This document shows positions 20,001 through 33,800 of a DNA stretch of 64,000 bases, one piece after another. The notes beneath the pieces are model-generated. The model was not told the origin of the DNA, made no database searches, and worked only from the letters and a program-made list of their open reading frames with translations. Made by a program: the position numbers and the translations under genes. Origin of the DNA: Macrostomum lignano (taxonomy: Eukaryota). Each line of letters starts with the position of its first letter. Position 1 is the stretch's first letter. The stretch spans positions 1 to 64,000 of the forward strand of contig NIVC01000665.1 in assembly GCA_002269645.1 (NCBI GenBank), read 5' to 3'.

Positions 20001-23000
20001 GTCATCACTAATCAACTGGGGTCATCACTAATCCACTGGGGTCATTACTTATCCACGGGGTCATCACTAATCCACTGGGGTCATCACTAATCCACTGTGG
20101 TCATCACTAATCAACTGGGGTCATCACTAATCCACTGGGGTCATTACTTATCCACTGGGGTCATCACTAATTCACTGAGGTCATCACTAATCCACTGGGG
20201 TCATAACTAATTCACCGAGGTCATCACTAATCCACTGGGGTCATCACTAATCCACTGTGGTCATCACTAATCAACCGGGGTCATCGCTAATCCACTGGGG
20301 TCATCACTAATCCACTGGGGTCATAACTAATTCACCGAGGTCATCACTAATCCACTGGGGTCATCACTAATCCACTGTGGTCATCACTAATCAACCGGGG
20401 TCATCGCTAATCCACTGGGGTCATCACTAATCCACTGGGGTCATTACTTATCCACTGGGGTCATCACTAATTCACTGAGGTCATCACTTATCCACTGGGG
20501 TCATCACTAATCCACTGGGGTCATCACTAATCCACCGGGGTCATCGCTAATCCACTGGGGTCATCACTTATCCACTGGGGTCATCACTAATCCACTGGGG
20601 TCATTGCCAATCCGCCCGCAGGCTCCACGGAGACTCAGGTCGGCCCATCCCAGTTCGGTCCGCCAATGTCTGTCACTGGAGAGTCGCACCTGGGTTACCT
20701 GCTCTGGCCGTCGCGTCCCGGCGGCATCGACGGCTGCACCTTGGAGTCTCTGGACCCGCTGCCGCGGCTGTCGGCAAGCCGCCCGATGCCCTGGCTGCTG
20801 GTGCTGCGCCGCGGCGGCTGCCTGTTCGTTCAGAAGGCGCGCAACGCCGAAGCAGTGGGTGCAGCTGGAGTGATCATCGCCGACAACCAGCCGGTTGATC
20901 TGACGGGAGCCAGTCTGGGCAGCGAGCAGGTGCTGTTCGCCATGTCTTCTGACGGCGGCCCGAATGTCACTCTGCCAGCTGTGTTCACCTTCTCCAGAGA
21001 TGCGCGCAACCTGCTGGACTTGGCGCTGTTCTTCAGCGGCCCAGCCCCGATTGTGCTGGCTGGCAGGAAGCTGAGCCACGAACGGCTGTCCGAGCACTGG
21101 GAGAGCGTACAGGGACTGCTGGACGGTCAGTACTCGGGGCTGACGGTGAGTCATTCAGTATACACTTGAAGTACACCTGCATGAGGTACCTGAGTATACC
21201 TGCATGAAGTACCTGAGTATGCCTGCATGAAGTACCTGAGTGAGTATACTTGCATGAAGTACCTGAGTATGCCTGCATGAAGTACCTGAGTGAGTATACT
21301 TGCATGAGGTACCTGAGTATACCTGCATGAAGTACCTGAGTATGCCTGCATGAAGTACCTGAGTGTGCCTGCATGACGTACCTGAGTATGCCTGCATGAA
21401 GTACCTGAGTGTGCCTGCATGAAGTACCTGAGTATGCCTGCATGAAGTACCTGAGTATACCTGCATGAAGTACCTGAGTATACCTGCATGAAGTACCTGA
21501 GTATGCCTGCATGAAGTACCTGAGTATACCTGCATGAAGTACCTGAGTATACCTGCATGAAGTACCTGAGTATGCCTGCATGAGCTACCTGAGTATACCT
21601 GCATGAGCTACCTGAGTATGCCTGCATGAGGTACCTGAGTATACCTGCATGAAGTACCTGAGTATACCTGCATGAGCTACCTGAGTATGCCTGCATAAGG
21701 TACCTGAGTATGCCTGCATAAGGTACCTGAGTATGCCTGCATGAGGTACCTGAGTATACCTGCATGAAGTACCTAAGTATACCTGCATGAGCTACCTAAG
21801 TATGCCTGCATAAGGTACCTGAGTATGCCTGCATAAGGTACCTGAGTATGCCTGCATGAAGTACCTGAGTATACCTGCATGAAGTACCTGAGTATACCTG
21901 CATGAAGTACCTGAGTATACCTGCATGAAGTACCTGAGTATACCTGCATGAAGTACCTGAGTATACCTGCATGAAGTACCTGAGTATACCTGCATGAAGT
22001 ACCTGAGTATACCTGCATGAAGTACCTGAGTATACCTGCATGAGCTACCTGAGTATGCCTGCATGAGCTACCTGAGTATGCCTGCATGAGCTACCTGAGT
22101 GTGCCTGCATGAGCTACCTGAGTATGCCTGCATGAGCTACCTGAGTATGCCTGCATAAGGTACCTGAGTATGCCTGCATGAGGTACCTGAGTATACCTGC
22201 ATGAAGTACCTGAGTATACCTGCATGAAGTACCTGAGTATACCTGCATGAAGTACCTGAGTGTGCCTGCATGAAGTACCTGAGTATACCTGCATGAAGTA
22301 CCTGAGTATACCTGCATGAGGTACCTGAGTATACCTGCTTGAAGTACCTGAGTATACCTGCATGAAGTACCTGAGTATACCTGCTTGAAGTACCTGAGTA
22401 TACCTGCATGAGGTACCTGAGTATACCTGCATGAGGTACCTGAGTATGCCTGCATAAGGTACCTGAGTATGCCTGCATAAGGTACCTGAGTATACCTGCA
22501 TAAGGTACCTGAGTATGCCTGCATAAGGTACCTGAGTATACCTGAATAAGGTACCTGAGTATACCTGCATGAGGTACCTGAGTATACCTGCATAAGGTAC
22601 CTGAGTATACCTGCATAAGGTACCTGAGTATACCTGCATGAAGTACCTGAGTATACCTGCATGAAGTACCTGAGTATACCTGCATGAAGTACCTGAGTAT
22701 ACCTGCATGAGGTACCTGAGTATGCCTGCATAAGGTACCTGAGTATACCTGCATAAGGTACCTGAGTATGCCTGCATGAGCTACCTGCAGTATGCCTGCA
22801 TAAGGTACCTGAGTATGCCTGCATGAGCTACCTGCAGTATGCCTGCATGAGCTACCTGAGTGTGCCTGCATGAGCTACCTGAGTGTGCCTGCATGAGCTA
22901 CCTGCAGTATCCTTGGTACATTTAAAGTACATTCTGGCCTTCGTTCCTTGAAATATTTTCCAGGAATAGATTAATTATCATTAAGCTACTAAAAAACAGT

Positions 23001-24699
23001 CAAATGCTTCCCAATGAAACATGATAATATGATTAACTCTTATAATCTTATTTTTCAGAGTACATTATTCTCCACTGCTGTAGGCCTGCAATGCAGGCTT
23101 AAAGTACATTTCATTTTTTTCCTGATTCTGTGTGTATCTGATTTCCTGTGCAACTTCTGTTCTGAGATTCTCATTTAAACTTTTTTCTTTTAATCGTGCC
23201 TAAATGCTAATTTTGCTTTGAGTGTGCCATGCTCTTTTTCTCTCAGATCAGGGGACTCCATGTCGTTGGAATGGGTTCAGATGGCACTGGAATGGATTGA
23301 GATGGCACTGGATTGGATTGAGATGGCACTGGAATCGATTGAGATGGCACTGGATTGGATTGAGATGGCACTGGATTGGATTGAGATGGCACTGGATTGG
23401 ATTGAGATGGCACTGGAATAGATTGAGATGGCACTGGATTGGATTGAGATGGCACTGGATTGGATTGAGATGGCACTGGATTGGATTGAGATGGCACTGG
23501 AATAGATTGAGATGGCACTGGAATGGATTGAGATGGCACTGTAATCGATTGAGATGGCACTGGAATGGATTGGGATGGCACTGGAATGGATTGAGATGGC
23601 ACTGGATTGGATTGAGATGGCACTGGAATAGATTGAGATGGCACTGGATTGGATTGAGATGGCACTGGATTGGATTGAGATGGCACTGGATTGGATTGAG
23701 ATGGCACTGGAATAGATTGAGATGGCACTGGATTGGATTGAGATGGCACTGTAATCGATTGAGATGGCACTGGAATGGATTGGGATGGCACTGGAATGGA
23801 TTGAGATGGCACTGGATTGGATTGAGATGGCACTGGATTGGATTGAGATGGCACTGGATTGGATTGAGATGGCACTGGAATAGATTGAGATGGCACTGGA
23901 ATAGATTGAGATGGCACTGGAATGGGTTGAGATGGCACTGGATTGGATTGAGATGGCACTGTAATCGATTGGGATGGCACTGGAATGGATTGGGATGGCA
24001 CTGGAATGAATTGAGATGGCACTTGAATGGGTGGAAATGGCACTGAAATGGATTGAAATGGCACTGAAATGGATTGAAATGGCACTGGAATGGATTGAAA
24101 TTGATGGAGATGGCACTGAAATCAATTGAGATCGCACTGAAAGCATTCGAAACCACACTGAAGCATTACAATTACAGTATTATCTGGATATTAACTCACT
24201 CGCTTCCATCCCCGCCTCTCAGGTGACTCAAAGCTATTCTGTCCACGCCGAGCCGGACTCTCCGCCTGGCGCAGGCGGCTTCTCCTGCTCCACCTCCTGG
24301 AGTCAGGCAGGCGGCATGCAGCTGACAGTCAGCCTGGACCCCGGCATCGCCGAGATCTACAAGGCCGACAACCTCACGCTCTATTGGCAGGCCTTGGAGT
24401 CTCGCCTAATTGACTCAAGCAACCTGGCTCAGTTCTACGATTCTCAGCCTATGCTCAAACTGATTTGGGATGCCATTTTCTTAGCGGAATCCTACTCGGC
24501 TGCCGAGCTGCCTCTGCTGCTGTCTGCCGACAAGATTGGTCCGGTAGTGAAGCTTTTCGCCTATCTGAGGTGCAATCCTCTGCCTTACGGTCAAGCCGAC
24601 TCATCCTACAACTTCTATCGATATTACTCCCCACCTGGCGCTTTTATTGTTAAACGGTACAGCTTTGTAGCCGTGCCGGTCACTGAGGATGAGCACTGA
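14060..24699 (+). CDS. EDEM3: ER degradation-enhancing alpha-mannosidase-like protein 3 (GH47 plus PA domain)
   Basis: Exons 14060-14631, 15538-15820, 16191-16400, 17066-17337, 18164-18294, 19377-19877, 20622-21145, 24223-24699. Hydrophobic signal peptide; GH47 motifs [76 protein letters not shown]; PA domain [24 protein letters not shown]. Confidence 0.95.
14725..15470. repeat. About 45-bp minisatellite GGGTCAG(C/T)TGACCTCCCTATTAGATATATCGTATCTTATAAAAGA
   Basis: Tandem copies in EDEM3 intron 1. Confidence 0.9.
15860..16175. repeat. 22-bp minisatellite CTCAGCCAATCAGGAGTGAGAG
   Basis: About 14 copies in EDEM3 intron 2. Confidence 0.9.
16567..16827. mobile_element. Small foldback/MITE-like element with nested inverted repeats
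   Basis: Outer perfect 34-bp IR (16567-16600 / 16794-16827) and inner perfect 24-bp IR (16630-16653 / 16720-16743). No clear TSD. Confidence 0.55.
17450..18110. repeat. Degenerate ATATCCCAATC(C/T)ATAA-type minisatellite
   Basis: Imperfect 16-19-bp units in EDEM3 intron 4. Confidence 0.85.
18380..19345. repeat. (ACTC)n/(ATTC)n microsatellite
   Basis: Source of the spurious HSLT-repeat ORF. Confidence 0.95.
19960..20603. repeat. 20-bp minisatellite GGGGTCATCACTAATCCACT
   Basis: About 32 copies running up to the acceptor. Confidence 0.95.
21155..22910. repeat. 23-bp minisatellite TACCTGAGTAT(A/G)CCTGCATGAAG
   Basis: About 75 copies in EDEM3 intron 7. Confidence 0.95.
23238..24145. repeat. 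21-bp minisatellite TTGAGATGGCACTGGATTGGA
   Basis: About 42 copies; 7-aa periodic spurious ORFs. Confidence 0.95.
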
Positions 24700-24834
24700 T
24701 GACCGTCTTCTATTGCTCTTCTGTCTCTCCTGCTATCTCTCCTCTCTTTATTAATTTGGTTTTTGAATTTCTTATTTATCATATTGTTATCTATTGTATT
24801 TATTGTATTAAATATATGCGCTCCATTGCGATCA

Positions 24835-25272
24835 AATTCCCCAATGTGCACCCGCCGCAGGCCAACCCCTACCCCCAATGCACACCCACCTCAGGCCAAC
24901 CCCTACCCCAATGTACACCCACCTCAGGCCAACCCCTACCCCAATGTACACCCGCCTCAGGCCAACCCCTACCCCAATGTACACCCGCCTCAGGCCAACC
25001 CCTACCCCAATGTACACCCGCCTTAGGCCAACCCCTACCCCAATGTACACCCACCTCAGGCCAACCCCTACCCCCAATGTACACCCGCCTCGGGCCAACC
25101 CCTACCCCAAATGTACACCCGCCTCGGGCCAACCCCTACCCCAATGTACACCCACCTCGGGCCAACCCCTACCCCCATGTACACCCGCCTCGGGCCAACC
25201 CCTACCCCAAATGTACACCCGCCTCGGGCCAACCCCTACCCCAAATGTACACCCACCTCAGGCCAACCCCCT
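24835..25272. repeat. 33-bp minisatellite, CCAATGTACAC family, array 2
   Basis: Unit CCAATGTACACCCGCCTCAGGCCAACCCCTACC. Confidence 0.95.
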
Positions 25273-26044
25273 AATATTCTAAATCAGTTTCTACATCCGA
25301 ATAAGCTTTCGTATTTAAATTGTCACAAGGAGCTTGCAGAGCATGACTTGCCCACCCGTGCAGCAGCAGATGCAGCGCAGACACCCGCCCTAAAACTTCT
25401 GCACCAATGTCTTATGTAGTGGTAAAGGCCTTTTCAATTCGTATTTCTCTCTTTGAACTTTGATTTTTTGTCTATTTTTGTTTCCTTGGTTGAAATTTCG
25501 CAGTTCTACTTTAGATTTACCTGACTTGAAATCGCCTGGTTATTGTCAAGCTTAATTTCTTATTTATAGACATTCCGCCTTGACAATCAATCATACTACT
25601 TAAACTGCCCAAGCTGTATACACTCGTAGTAGTCATGCGCGGAAATGCGGTCTTATTTTTTAATGAGCGCGTTTTGAATTCTTGTAATTTGAATGGAATG
25701 CCTAGTTCGTATGTATTTGCACTGCTCTCGTACACTCGATGAGTTTCACTCTCCTATCTGTGCAGCAGGGCTCCTAGTAGTATGCAATGCGTTTTTTGTT
25801 TTCATGCTTTGAACTAAATTTATTGAATGTACCGCTGGCCTACACGGCCTGGTTCATCGCTCAATCAGTCAGAGAATATTTTTTAATTTACTACTAATAT
25901 TGACACAATTTGTTTTAATTGCTCTCCGAAAACTTCTGAGCTCATATTGTAGAATGGCTTGATAATTGATTGCTGTTTTTTAATTTGCTATTTAAAATAA
26001 TTAACTGGTAAATCACCGTCAAATGTATACCCGCTGTAATCAAC

Positions 26045-26945
26045 AACCCCACTCCAATGTACACGTACACTCACCGTGACCAACCACCCCACTCTAATGT
26101 ACACTCACCGAGACCAACCACCCCACTCCAGTGTACACTCACCGAGACCAACCACCCCACTCCAGTGTACACTCACCGAAACCAACCACCCCACTCTAAT
26201 GTACACTCACCGAGACCAACCACCCCACTCCAGTGTACACTCACCGAGACCAACCACCCCACTCCAGTGTACACTCACCGAGACCAACCACCCCACTCCA
26301 GTGTACACTCACCGAAACCAACCACCCCACTCTAATGTACACTCACCGAGACCAACCACCCCACTCTAATGTACACTCACCGAGACCAACCACCCCACTC
26401 CAATGTACACTCACCGAACCCAACCACCCCACTCTAATCTGCACTCACCGAGACCAACCACCCCACTCCAATGTACACTCACCGTGACCAACCACCCCAC
26501 TCTAATCTGCACTCACAGAGACCAACCACCCCACTCTAATCTGCACTCACCGAGACCAACCACCCCACTCCAATGTACACTCACCGTGACCAACCACCCC
26601 ACTCTAATCTGCACTCACAGAGACCGTCCACCCCACTTCAAGGTACACTCACCGAGACCAACCACCCCACTCCAGTGTACACTCACCGAGACCAACCACC
26701 CCACTCTAATCTGCACTCACCGAGACCAACCACCCCACTCCAATGTACACTCACCGTGACCAACCACCCCACTCTAATCTGCACTCACAGAGACCGTCCA
26801 CCCCACTTCAAGGTACACTCACCGAGACCAACCACCCCACTCCAGTGTACACTCACCGTGACCAACCACCCCACTCCAATGTACACTCACCGAGACCAAC
26901 TACCCCACTTCAATGTACTCACCGAGACCAACCATCCCACTCTAA
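26045..26945. repeat. 34-bp minisatellite, CCAATGTACAC family, array 3
   Basis: Unit CCAATGTACACTCACCGAGACCAACCACCCCACT. Confidence 0.95.
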
Positions 26946-27261
26946 CGTGCACTAACCAGTGCACGCAAATGTACCCGATCAAGAACTCCCAAGACATCAG
27001 AAAAATATTGTTATCACGGACAATGCTTTATTGTAATAAGCGTCACAGAAATATTGACACAAAATGCATCGATGAGTATTTCATCGTTTATGTTGTAACA
27101 GCATTGTGCTAGAAAAACAGGTGCAAAGTGTGCTTATTTATTAATTATAGTAAAAAAAGACTGGCATGGTAATGTTTATCTGATTAAAAATAATCAGACT
27201 GGCTCAGTCTGCTAAGCCACTGACACTCCAAAATTGTTTTCCTTGCATCATTTCAAAAATA

Positions 27262-27735
27262 ATATTGAAGGAAGAGTACCTAAAATTGGAGGGAGAATCT
27301 CTAAGGTTGGAGGGAGAATCCCGAAGATTGAGGGAGGGAGGGAGAATCTTAAGATTGAGGGGAGAATCCCGAAGATTGATGGAAGGAGAATCCTGAAAAT
27401 TGAGGGGAGAATCCCGAAGATTGGTGGAAGGAGACTCCCGAAGATTAAGGGAAGGAGAATACCGAAGATTGATGGAAGGAGAATCCCAAAGATTGAGGGA
27501 AGGAGACCCCCGAAGATTAAGGGAAGGAGAATCCCGAAGATTGAGGGAAGGAAAATCCCAAAGATTGAGGGAGGGAGAATCCCGAAGATTGAGGGAGGGA
27601 GAATCTTGAAGATTGAGGGGAGAATCCCGAAGATTGGTGGAAGGAGACTCCCGAAGATTAAGGGAGGGAGAATCCCGAAGATTCGATTGCAAAATCCTAA
27701 AGATTGGGGGGGTTTCTGAGACTCAGTGGGAGAAT
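27262..27735. repeat. 22-24-bp minisatellite GAAGATTGAGGGAAGGAGAATCCC
   Basis: Ends about 100 bp upstream of the DOLK ATG. Confidence 0.9.
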
Positions 27736-27835
27736 CCCGAGTATGTGTGCATCCCCAAAAACTGTCAACAATATTCTCGCAAACCAAATTGCATGATTGT
27801 ACCCTTAAGCGCCAGGTAGACCCTACACTGCAGCC

Positions 27836-30800
27836 ATGGTGGCCCTGCACAGCGAGTTCATCGCTGGCTGCCTGTTTCTGCTGTCGGCCCTGATGCTCAG
27901 GCCAGACGGCTGGCTGGAGGCGGGCATCCTGGCCGCGGGGCTGGCCGTGGGCCCGGCCCTGCACACCAAGCCGGCCTACTCGGGCGCTTGGCTGGCCTGC
28001 CTGCTGCCACTGCTTGAGCATCGGCTGCTCGGCTCCGACTGGGTGCCCCTGGCCGCCAGCTGCCTGTGGTCGGCCGGCCTGCTGTCTCTGGCCGCATTTG
28101 GCGAGCAGCGATGGACTCGACTGGTGTGCGCCGGCTGCTGGCTGACTGCGCTGGGGGCTGCCGTTGCTGCACCGGCCGGAGCCGCGTCCGCTGCGGCCTG
28201 GGCTGAGGCTGCCCGGCTGGCTCAGTGCAGCGGCTTCGGCCTGTACCTGCACAGGTGAGTGGGGCATTGCCTGCTTAATGCCACTGTTGTTCGAGAGGCT
28301 GGAGGAGGGGGAGAGGTGGGAGGTAGAAGAGGGGAAGAGTGATGGGAGGTAGGAGAGGGGGAGAAAGATAGGAGATAGGAGAGGGGAGATGGGAGGTAGG
28401 AGAGGGGGAGAAAGATAGGAGATAGGAGAGGGGAGATGGGAGGTAGGAGAGGGGGAGAAAGATAGGAGATAGGAGAGGGGAGATGGGAGGTAGGAGAGGG
28501 GGAGAAAGATAGGAGATAGGAGAGGGGAGATGGGAGGTAGGAGAGGGGAAGAAAGATGGGAGATAGGAGAGGGGAAGAGAGATGGAGATAGGAGAGAGGA
28601 AGAGAGATGTGAGATAAGAGAGGTGAAGAGTGATGGGAGATAGGAGAGGGGAAGAGAGATGGGAGATAGGAGAGGGGAAGAGTGATGGGAGATAGGAGAG
28701 AGGAAGAGAGATGGGAGATAGGAGATAGGAAGAGAGATGGGAGATAGGAGAGAGGAAGAGAGATGGGAGATAGGAGAGAGGAAGAGAGATGGGAGATAGG
28801 AGAGAGGAAGAGAGATGGGAGATAGGAGAGAGGAAGAGAGATGGGAGATAGGAGAGGGGAAGAGAGATGGGAGATAGGAGAGAGGAAGAGAGATGGGAGA
28901 TAGGAGAGAGGAAGAGAGATGGGAGATAGGAGAGGGGAAGAGAGATGGGAGAGTTGGAGAGAAAGCATGAAGCATCCCGCACTTCAACAGTGTCTCGAAT
29001 CGCCCGCCAACCCGTGCAGGCACATGTCGGGCAGCCTCAGCCCAGTGGAGCTGGTGCTGCTAACCCAGCTGCTGCGGCACCTGTTCCCCGCCTATCCCCT
29101 GGCCTGTTTCTGCCTGTCCTCCGGCCTAGTTGCTATGGACGCTATTTGCCGGCACTGCCTAGCAACCAGCGCCCAGCCGGTTCGATTCACCTATCGTGGC
29201 CTGATAGTGGCCACACTAAACACCTGCTCGTTTGGCTACTACGCTTTGTCGGCGCGTTTGTTTCGCCCAGCAACGGTTGCTAGGCAATTATTGGATCTGG
29301 CGAATTTGGCCGCTCTCAACTGGCAGCTCGTGTCGGCCTGGCTGGCGCTTTTCGGAGCCTCGCTGCTGCTGGCGGGGCTCTCGGGGCGCCTGCCGCTGCG
29401 CCAGATGACTCAGCGCAAGCTCTTCCACTTCCTGGCCGCCGCGGCTTTTGCTGTAGCTCTGCTTTTAGGAGGCGACCAACGATTGGAGCTGCTTTCGGCG
29501 GCCGCTTTCGGCCTGCTGGCCATCCTGCTGGCCTTGGACACCCTGCGCCGTCACGACGTCGCCGGAGTCGGCCGGCGACTTCGCAGCCTGCTGGCGCCGC
29601 TGATCGGGCCGCGGGACTCCGCGCAGCTGCTGCTGACGCCGCTGGCGCTGCTGCTGGGGCTGGCGGCTCCCATCTGGCTGCGACTGGCCGGCGGCCGCGG
29701 CGCTGGGTGAGACTGACTGGCCTTGGAATGCGGTAGGATCAGTTAGAATCATCTGGGATGCCGTATGACCATCTGGGATGCTGTATGACCATCTGGGATG
29801 CTGTATGACCATCTGCTGTATGATCACCTGGGATCCTGTTTGATTATCTGGGATGCTGTATGATCATCTGGGATGCTGTATGATCATCTGGGATGCTTTA
29901 TGATCATCTGGGATGCCGTATGATCATCTGGGATGCTTTATGATCATCCGGGATGCCGTATGATCATCTGGGATGCTTTATGATCATCCGGGATGCCGTA
30001 TGATCATCTGGGATGCCGTATGATCATCTGGGATGCTGTATGATCATCTGGGATGCTTTATGATCATCCGGGATGCTGTATTCCTAGTAACACACTTCGT
30101 CGCGGCAACGTCGCGTAAACGTCGCAAAGTTACGTCGCGGGAAGGGGTCAAGTGTCGCACCACGCGATGTCGCGTACACTTCACTTCGCGACGTCACGTT
30201 ATTACCATTACGCGACCTTTACGCGACTAGTTTACAGTTGGCCGCGGTTAGTTTCTTACTTCTTGATTTGAATGCAGTTTCACAGAGGTGATCGCCACGT
30301 TAAATGCTGTTTAAAAATTTATGAGGTTTAAATGCTGTAATTCACAGCAGCAATTGCACACCAAGATAATTTGTAATGCACACGTACTGACATACACGCT
30401 CGTGAGCACGCATACCTGAAATAATGTAAGCCAAAATGCTAAAAAACAGGCAGTTTTACCAGTTTCCTACCGGTGTTACTATAAACTTTCTTATATCAGA
30501 TACTGGGTGATATTTTATTGGCGAAGGTCGACTCGCACCAGGATTGTACAGCTATATGTCAGCCGCTGGAAAAATATAGTACGCAATTTTATGCAATAGG
30601 AGATAAGCTATAGCAAACAAAAGGAACATAATACCAACTGGGAACTGGGTAATGAATAGTAGAACGTAGCGATGTATGGTAATTAGTTTCCTAGAATAAA
30701 CAGCCAATTTAATTGGCAAATAAACGCCCAGTATATAGTAAATAATAAAATAATATAACACTTGAAATAATTTAAGCCAAAAAGGCCAACAACGCAGTTT

Positions 30801-33800
30801 TACCGTTTTTCACAGTTTTTAAAAAAAATTACTGAAAACTGGTATATCTAAGTTTCTCCATTCCAGCCTACTCTGCATGAATAAATCGAAGCAAACTGAC
30901 AAGGCTCGGGAGCCGTTTTATTCCCGCGGCCAGGGGACCTCCAACATGAAGCTAACGAGCGCGATTCGGGTCTTTTGCATGCTTTAGCACCTCCTTTACA
31001 GCGGCTTCTATCTCCTTCGCCTTGACGCTGCGTAGCGTTGCACCTCGCACGATTGTCCACAGGATGCTGTCCTTGAACGCCGCTTTCTCTCGCCGTCCTG
31101 CGAAACTAAAACTCGCCATAGCCGGCGGAGCCAGCAGCCGGCGCAAAATGCGACGCACTGCATCCTGGGTGCTGCCGCCACTAATGCAGGCCATCTGTCC
31201 TTCCTGTAATGCAAGTGAAGCAGTTAAGCAAAATTGTCTAATTGTTTTTTTTTATTTTACACGCAACGGAAGAATTGAAGAAAAACAGCAACGCCGATGC
31301 ACTCACGAGCGCTTCTGCATCCGCTGGATTTTCTTCCAGATGCTGGACTAGTTCTACCATGTCTTCTGCCAAGCACGGCAAGTTGACAGGCAGATTCGGA
31401 GCCGCCACGCTCTTTCGTGACGCGATCGCGGAGAGCGGGTGCGTTCAATCCGTTCAACGTTATTGACGGATGGCTGCCAGTTCCCTCATAACAATCTTCT
31501 CGAATGCTGAAACATCAAGGCGGGAATTTTCATCATGGATATCACACTACAGTGCTCTTGTACTTTAGCAAAAATGGCATTGGTGTACACGTGCATGATT
31601 TTAGTTCTCACAACAACAGCATTTCAAATGAATCTGTGAACACTTACGCGTGCTCGCGCCTGCAGCACAATCTGGCGCAACTGCCAGTCTGGGTTCACTT
31701 GCGGCAGCGGAGGCAGCAACTGACGGTGGAGCGGGAGGTCGTACAGCTGAGAGCGGCCTGTTTGCCGGCGTCATTCCCAAAGCATTCGAGAGGGGAGTCT
31801 GGTTCGACTGTTGAGCGGGGTAGGCAGCAGCAGCCGGCGTCTGCGTCAGCTGCGCAGCGTCATCCTGCCTGCACGAATTCAAATGCGCCGCCTCAAACAG
31901 AACAGCTGCACAGCTGGACCATCCCACTGACTCTTCGCGTCCGCCTCTCGCTGCTCGGGGCGTCTCATTAATGCGGGCTGCAGAAGAATGAACAGTTTTA
32001 AAACATTTGATTTACCCAAATTTGTTTTAGCCAATTCAAAGATCGAACTTCAAATGTGCGTACTCACGAAAATTTGGCAATGGAGGTGGCAGATCAGCAT
32101 CATCGTCATATCCATCGCATGACTCTAGATCTGAGTCTGACACGATCCTTGCCGTCTTTGTTCTTTTTTTGTTTTGCTGAGCAGGCCCATCGATGAAGCG
32201 GATCGGTTGAGTGCGCTTCCTGTTGGTTGTTGCCTCAGCATCGGTTGTCAGCTCTTCTGCGCCGCATGATGCCCGGTTGAGTCGTCAGCATTCGTTGGTT
32301 GTCATCGACAAAATTTTAATGTCATGAAGCTCCTATTCTGAATTCGGTGCAGCGTGCTTCGACCTTAACTTAATGGCCCTCGCTACAGTTATCGGTGGCC
32401 AGTAACAGCGGGTACGTCCTACGAGCCAGGCCTCGCTGACATATTCAACTGACTTGTCCGCAAATTCCACAACGCAAAATTGCATCTGCAGCGATGTTTT
32501 ACAAAAACATGGGTGTGAGGACAACCTTGTTGTCGACGGGCAGTCCGTAGAACTTTCTCTTCACCTCTGTAATTCGTAGTGTGTAGAGGTTAACTAAATC
32601 TAAATTCGACACAAGGTGGATGCCCATCTTTTCTGATTCAACAGGGTATGCGAAGAATGACTCTTTGGTTTTGAATCGGCGACACACCAAGCTGGACTCA
32701 TTCTCCACCTGCAGGACATTCACGATTCTATAGTAGCAGCCTTCTGAGCATTCAATAAAGGAATCAGGAATCATGACACTGAATCCTGAATGCAGGGCAG
32801 GCATCCCAGTTTTGTGAATTACTCATTAATTCAATTTTATTTTTTGTGTACAATAAACAATATTATTTAATGAAATTTGCAACTAACAATGTTATACCAT
32901 AAATATTGATATAGATATATAGATTGACTTCAAGCTACAAAGGTGGGGCCAAAAGTGCAAAAATTTACATGATAAAATTCACGTGAGGTCACATGATAAA
33001 TAATACCCTTATACTGAGTTAAAATGCTAATTGCTTATAAACTTTAACTTGCCACCTAGCAGCCAGCATAAAAGATTGCACTTGCACTTTAAGGTATTGT
33101 GTTGGTCAAACATGTAAAATATTTTACAGGATATATTCTGTGTGTCGTTACACACTGAATTCCAGGTCAAGAAAAATATGCTGAATAATAGCGCACAAAT
33201 ACTGGTTCATTCAAAGCAATCAGCAATTGTTCAAAACAGCAAAAACTCAAACATAACTAAATTGTTTCAGTTGTCTGCTTGAACTCTCATGAATGCTTCA
33301 ACCTGCTGATAATTAAACACTTGGGAATTAAGAGTATACTATTCAATTTATTAAGCACACAGTCCGCAACGAGTCCACTGACAACTGCAGGTTGATCGTG
33401 ACAGTGGCACGCCGAGAGACGCTCTGTTGGTTTTGAATTGCTAACCACGGAACAGTTAGTTTAACAACCGCATGCCACGAAAGAGTAACTCCCATTAATA
33501 ATTCACTCAAGTTAATAAATATTATAATAATAATAAAACTAATAATTTGCATGTAAATAAGTCGCTACGTAATTTAGTGAATTATATTACGTGCTTCTGA
33601 AAAAAAGTCTTTTTCAGTATCTTAGACACTGATAAATTAAACAATTAAAGGTTTCATAAATAACTAGCGCAGCCTAAGTTTGTCGCTATATTCGGGGCAT
33701 CTAAGTTTTTTGCTGCACATATAATCTTCCAACTATTTTAATTGCACTAAACATATGAAGATTTTTTGTTCATGCACACAAAATTGAACTGCCATTTACA

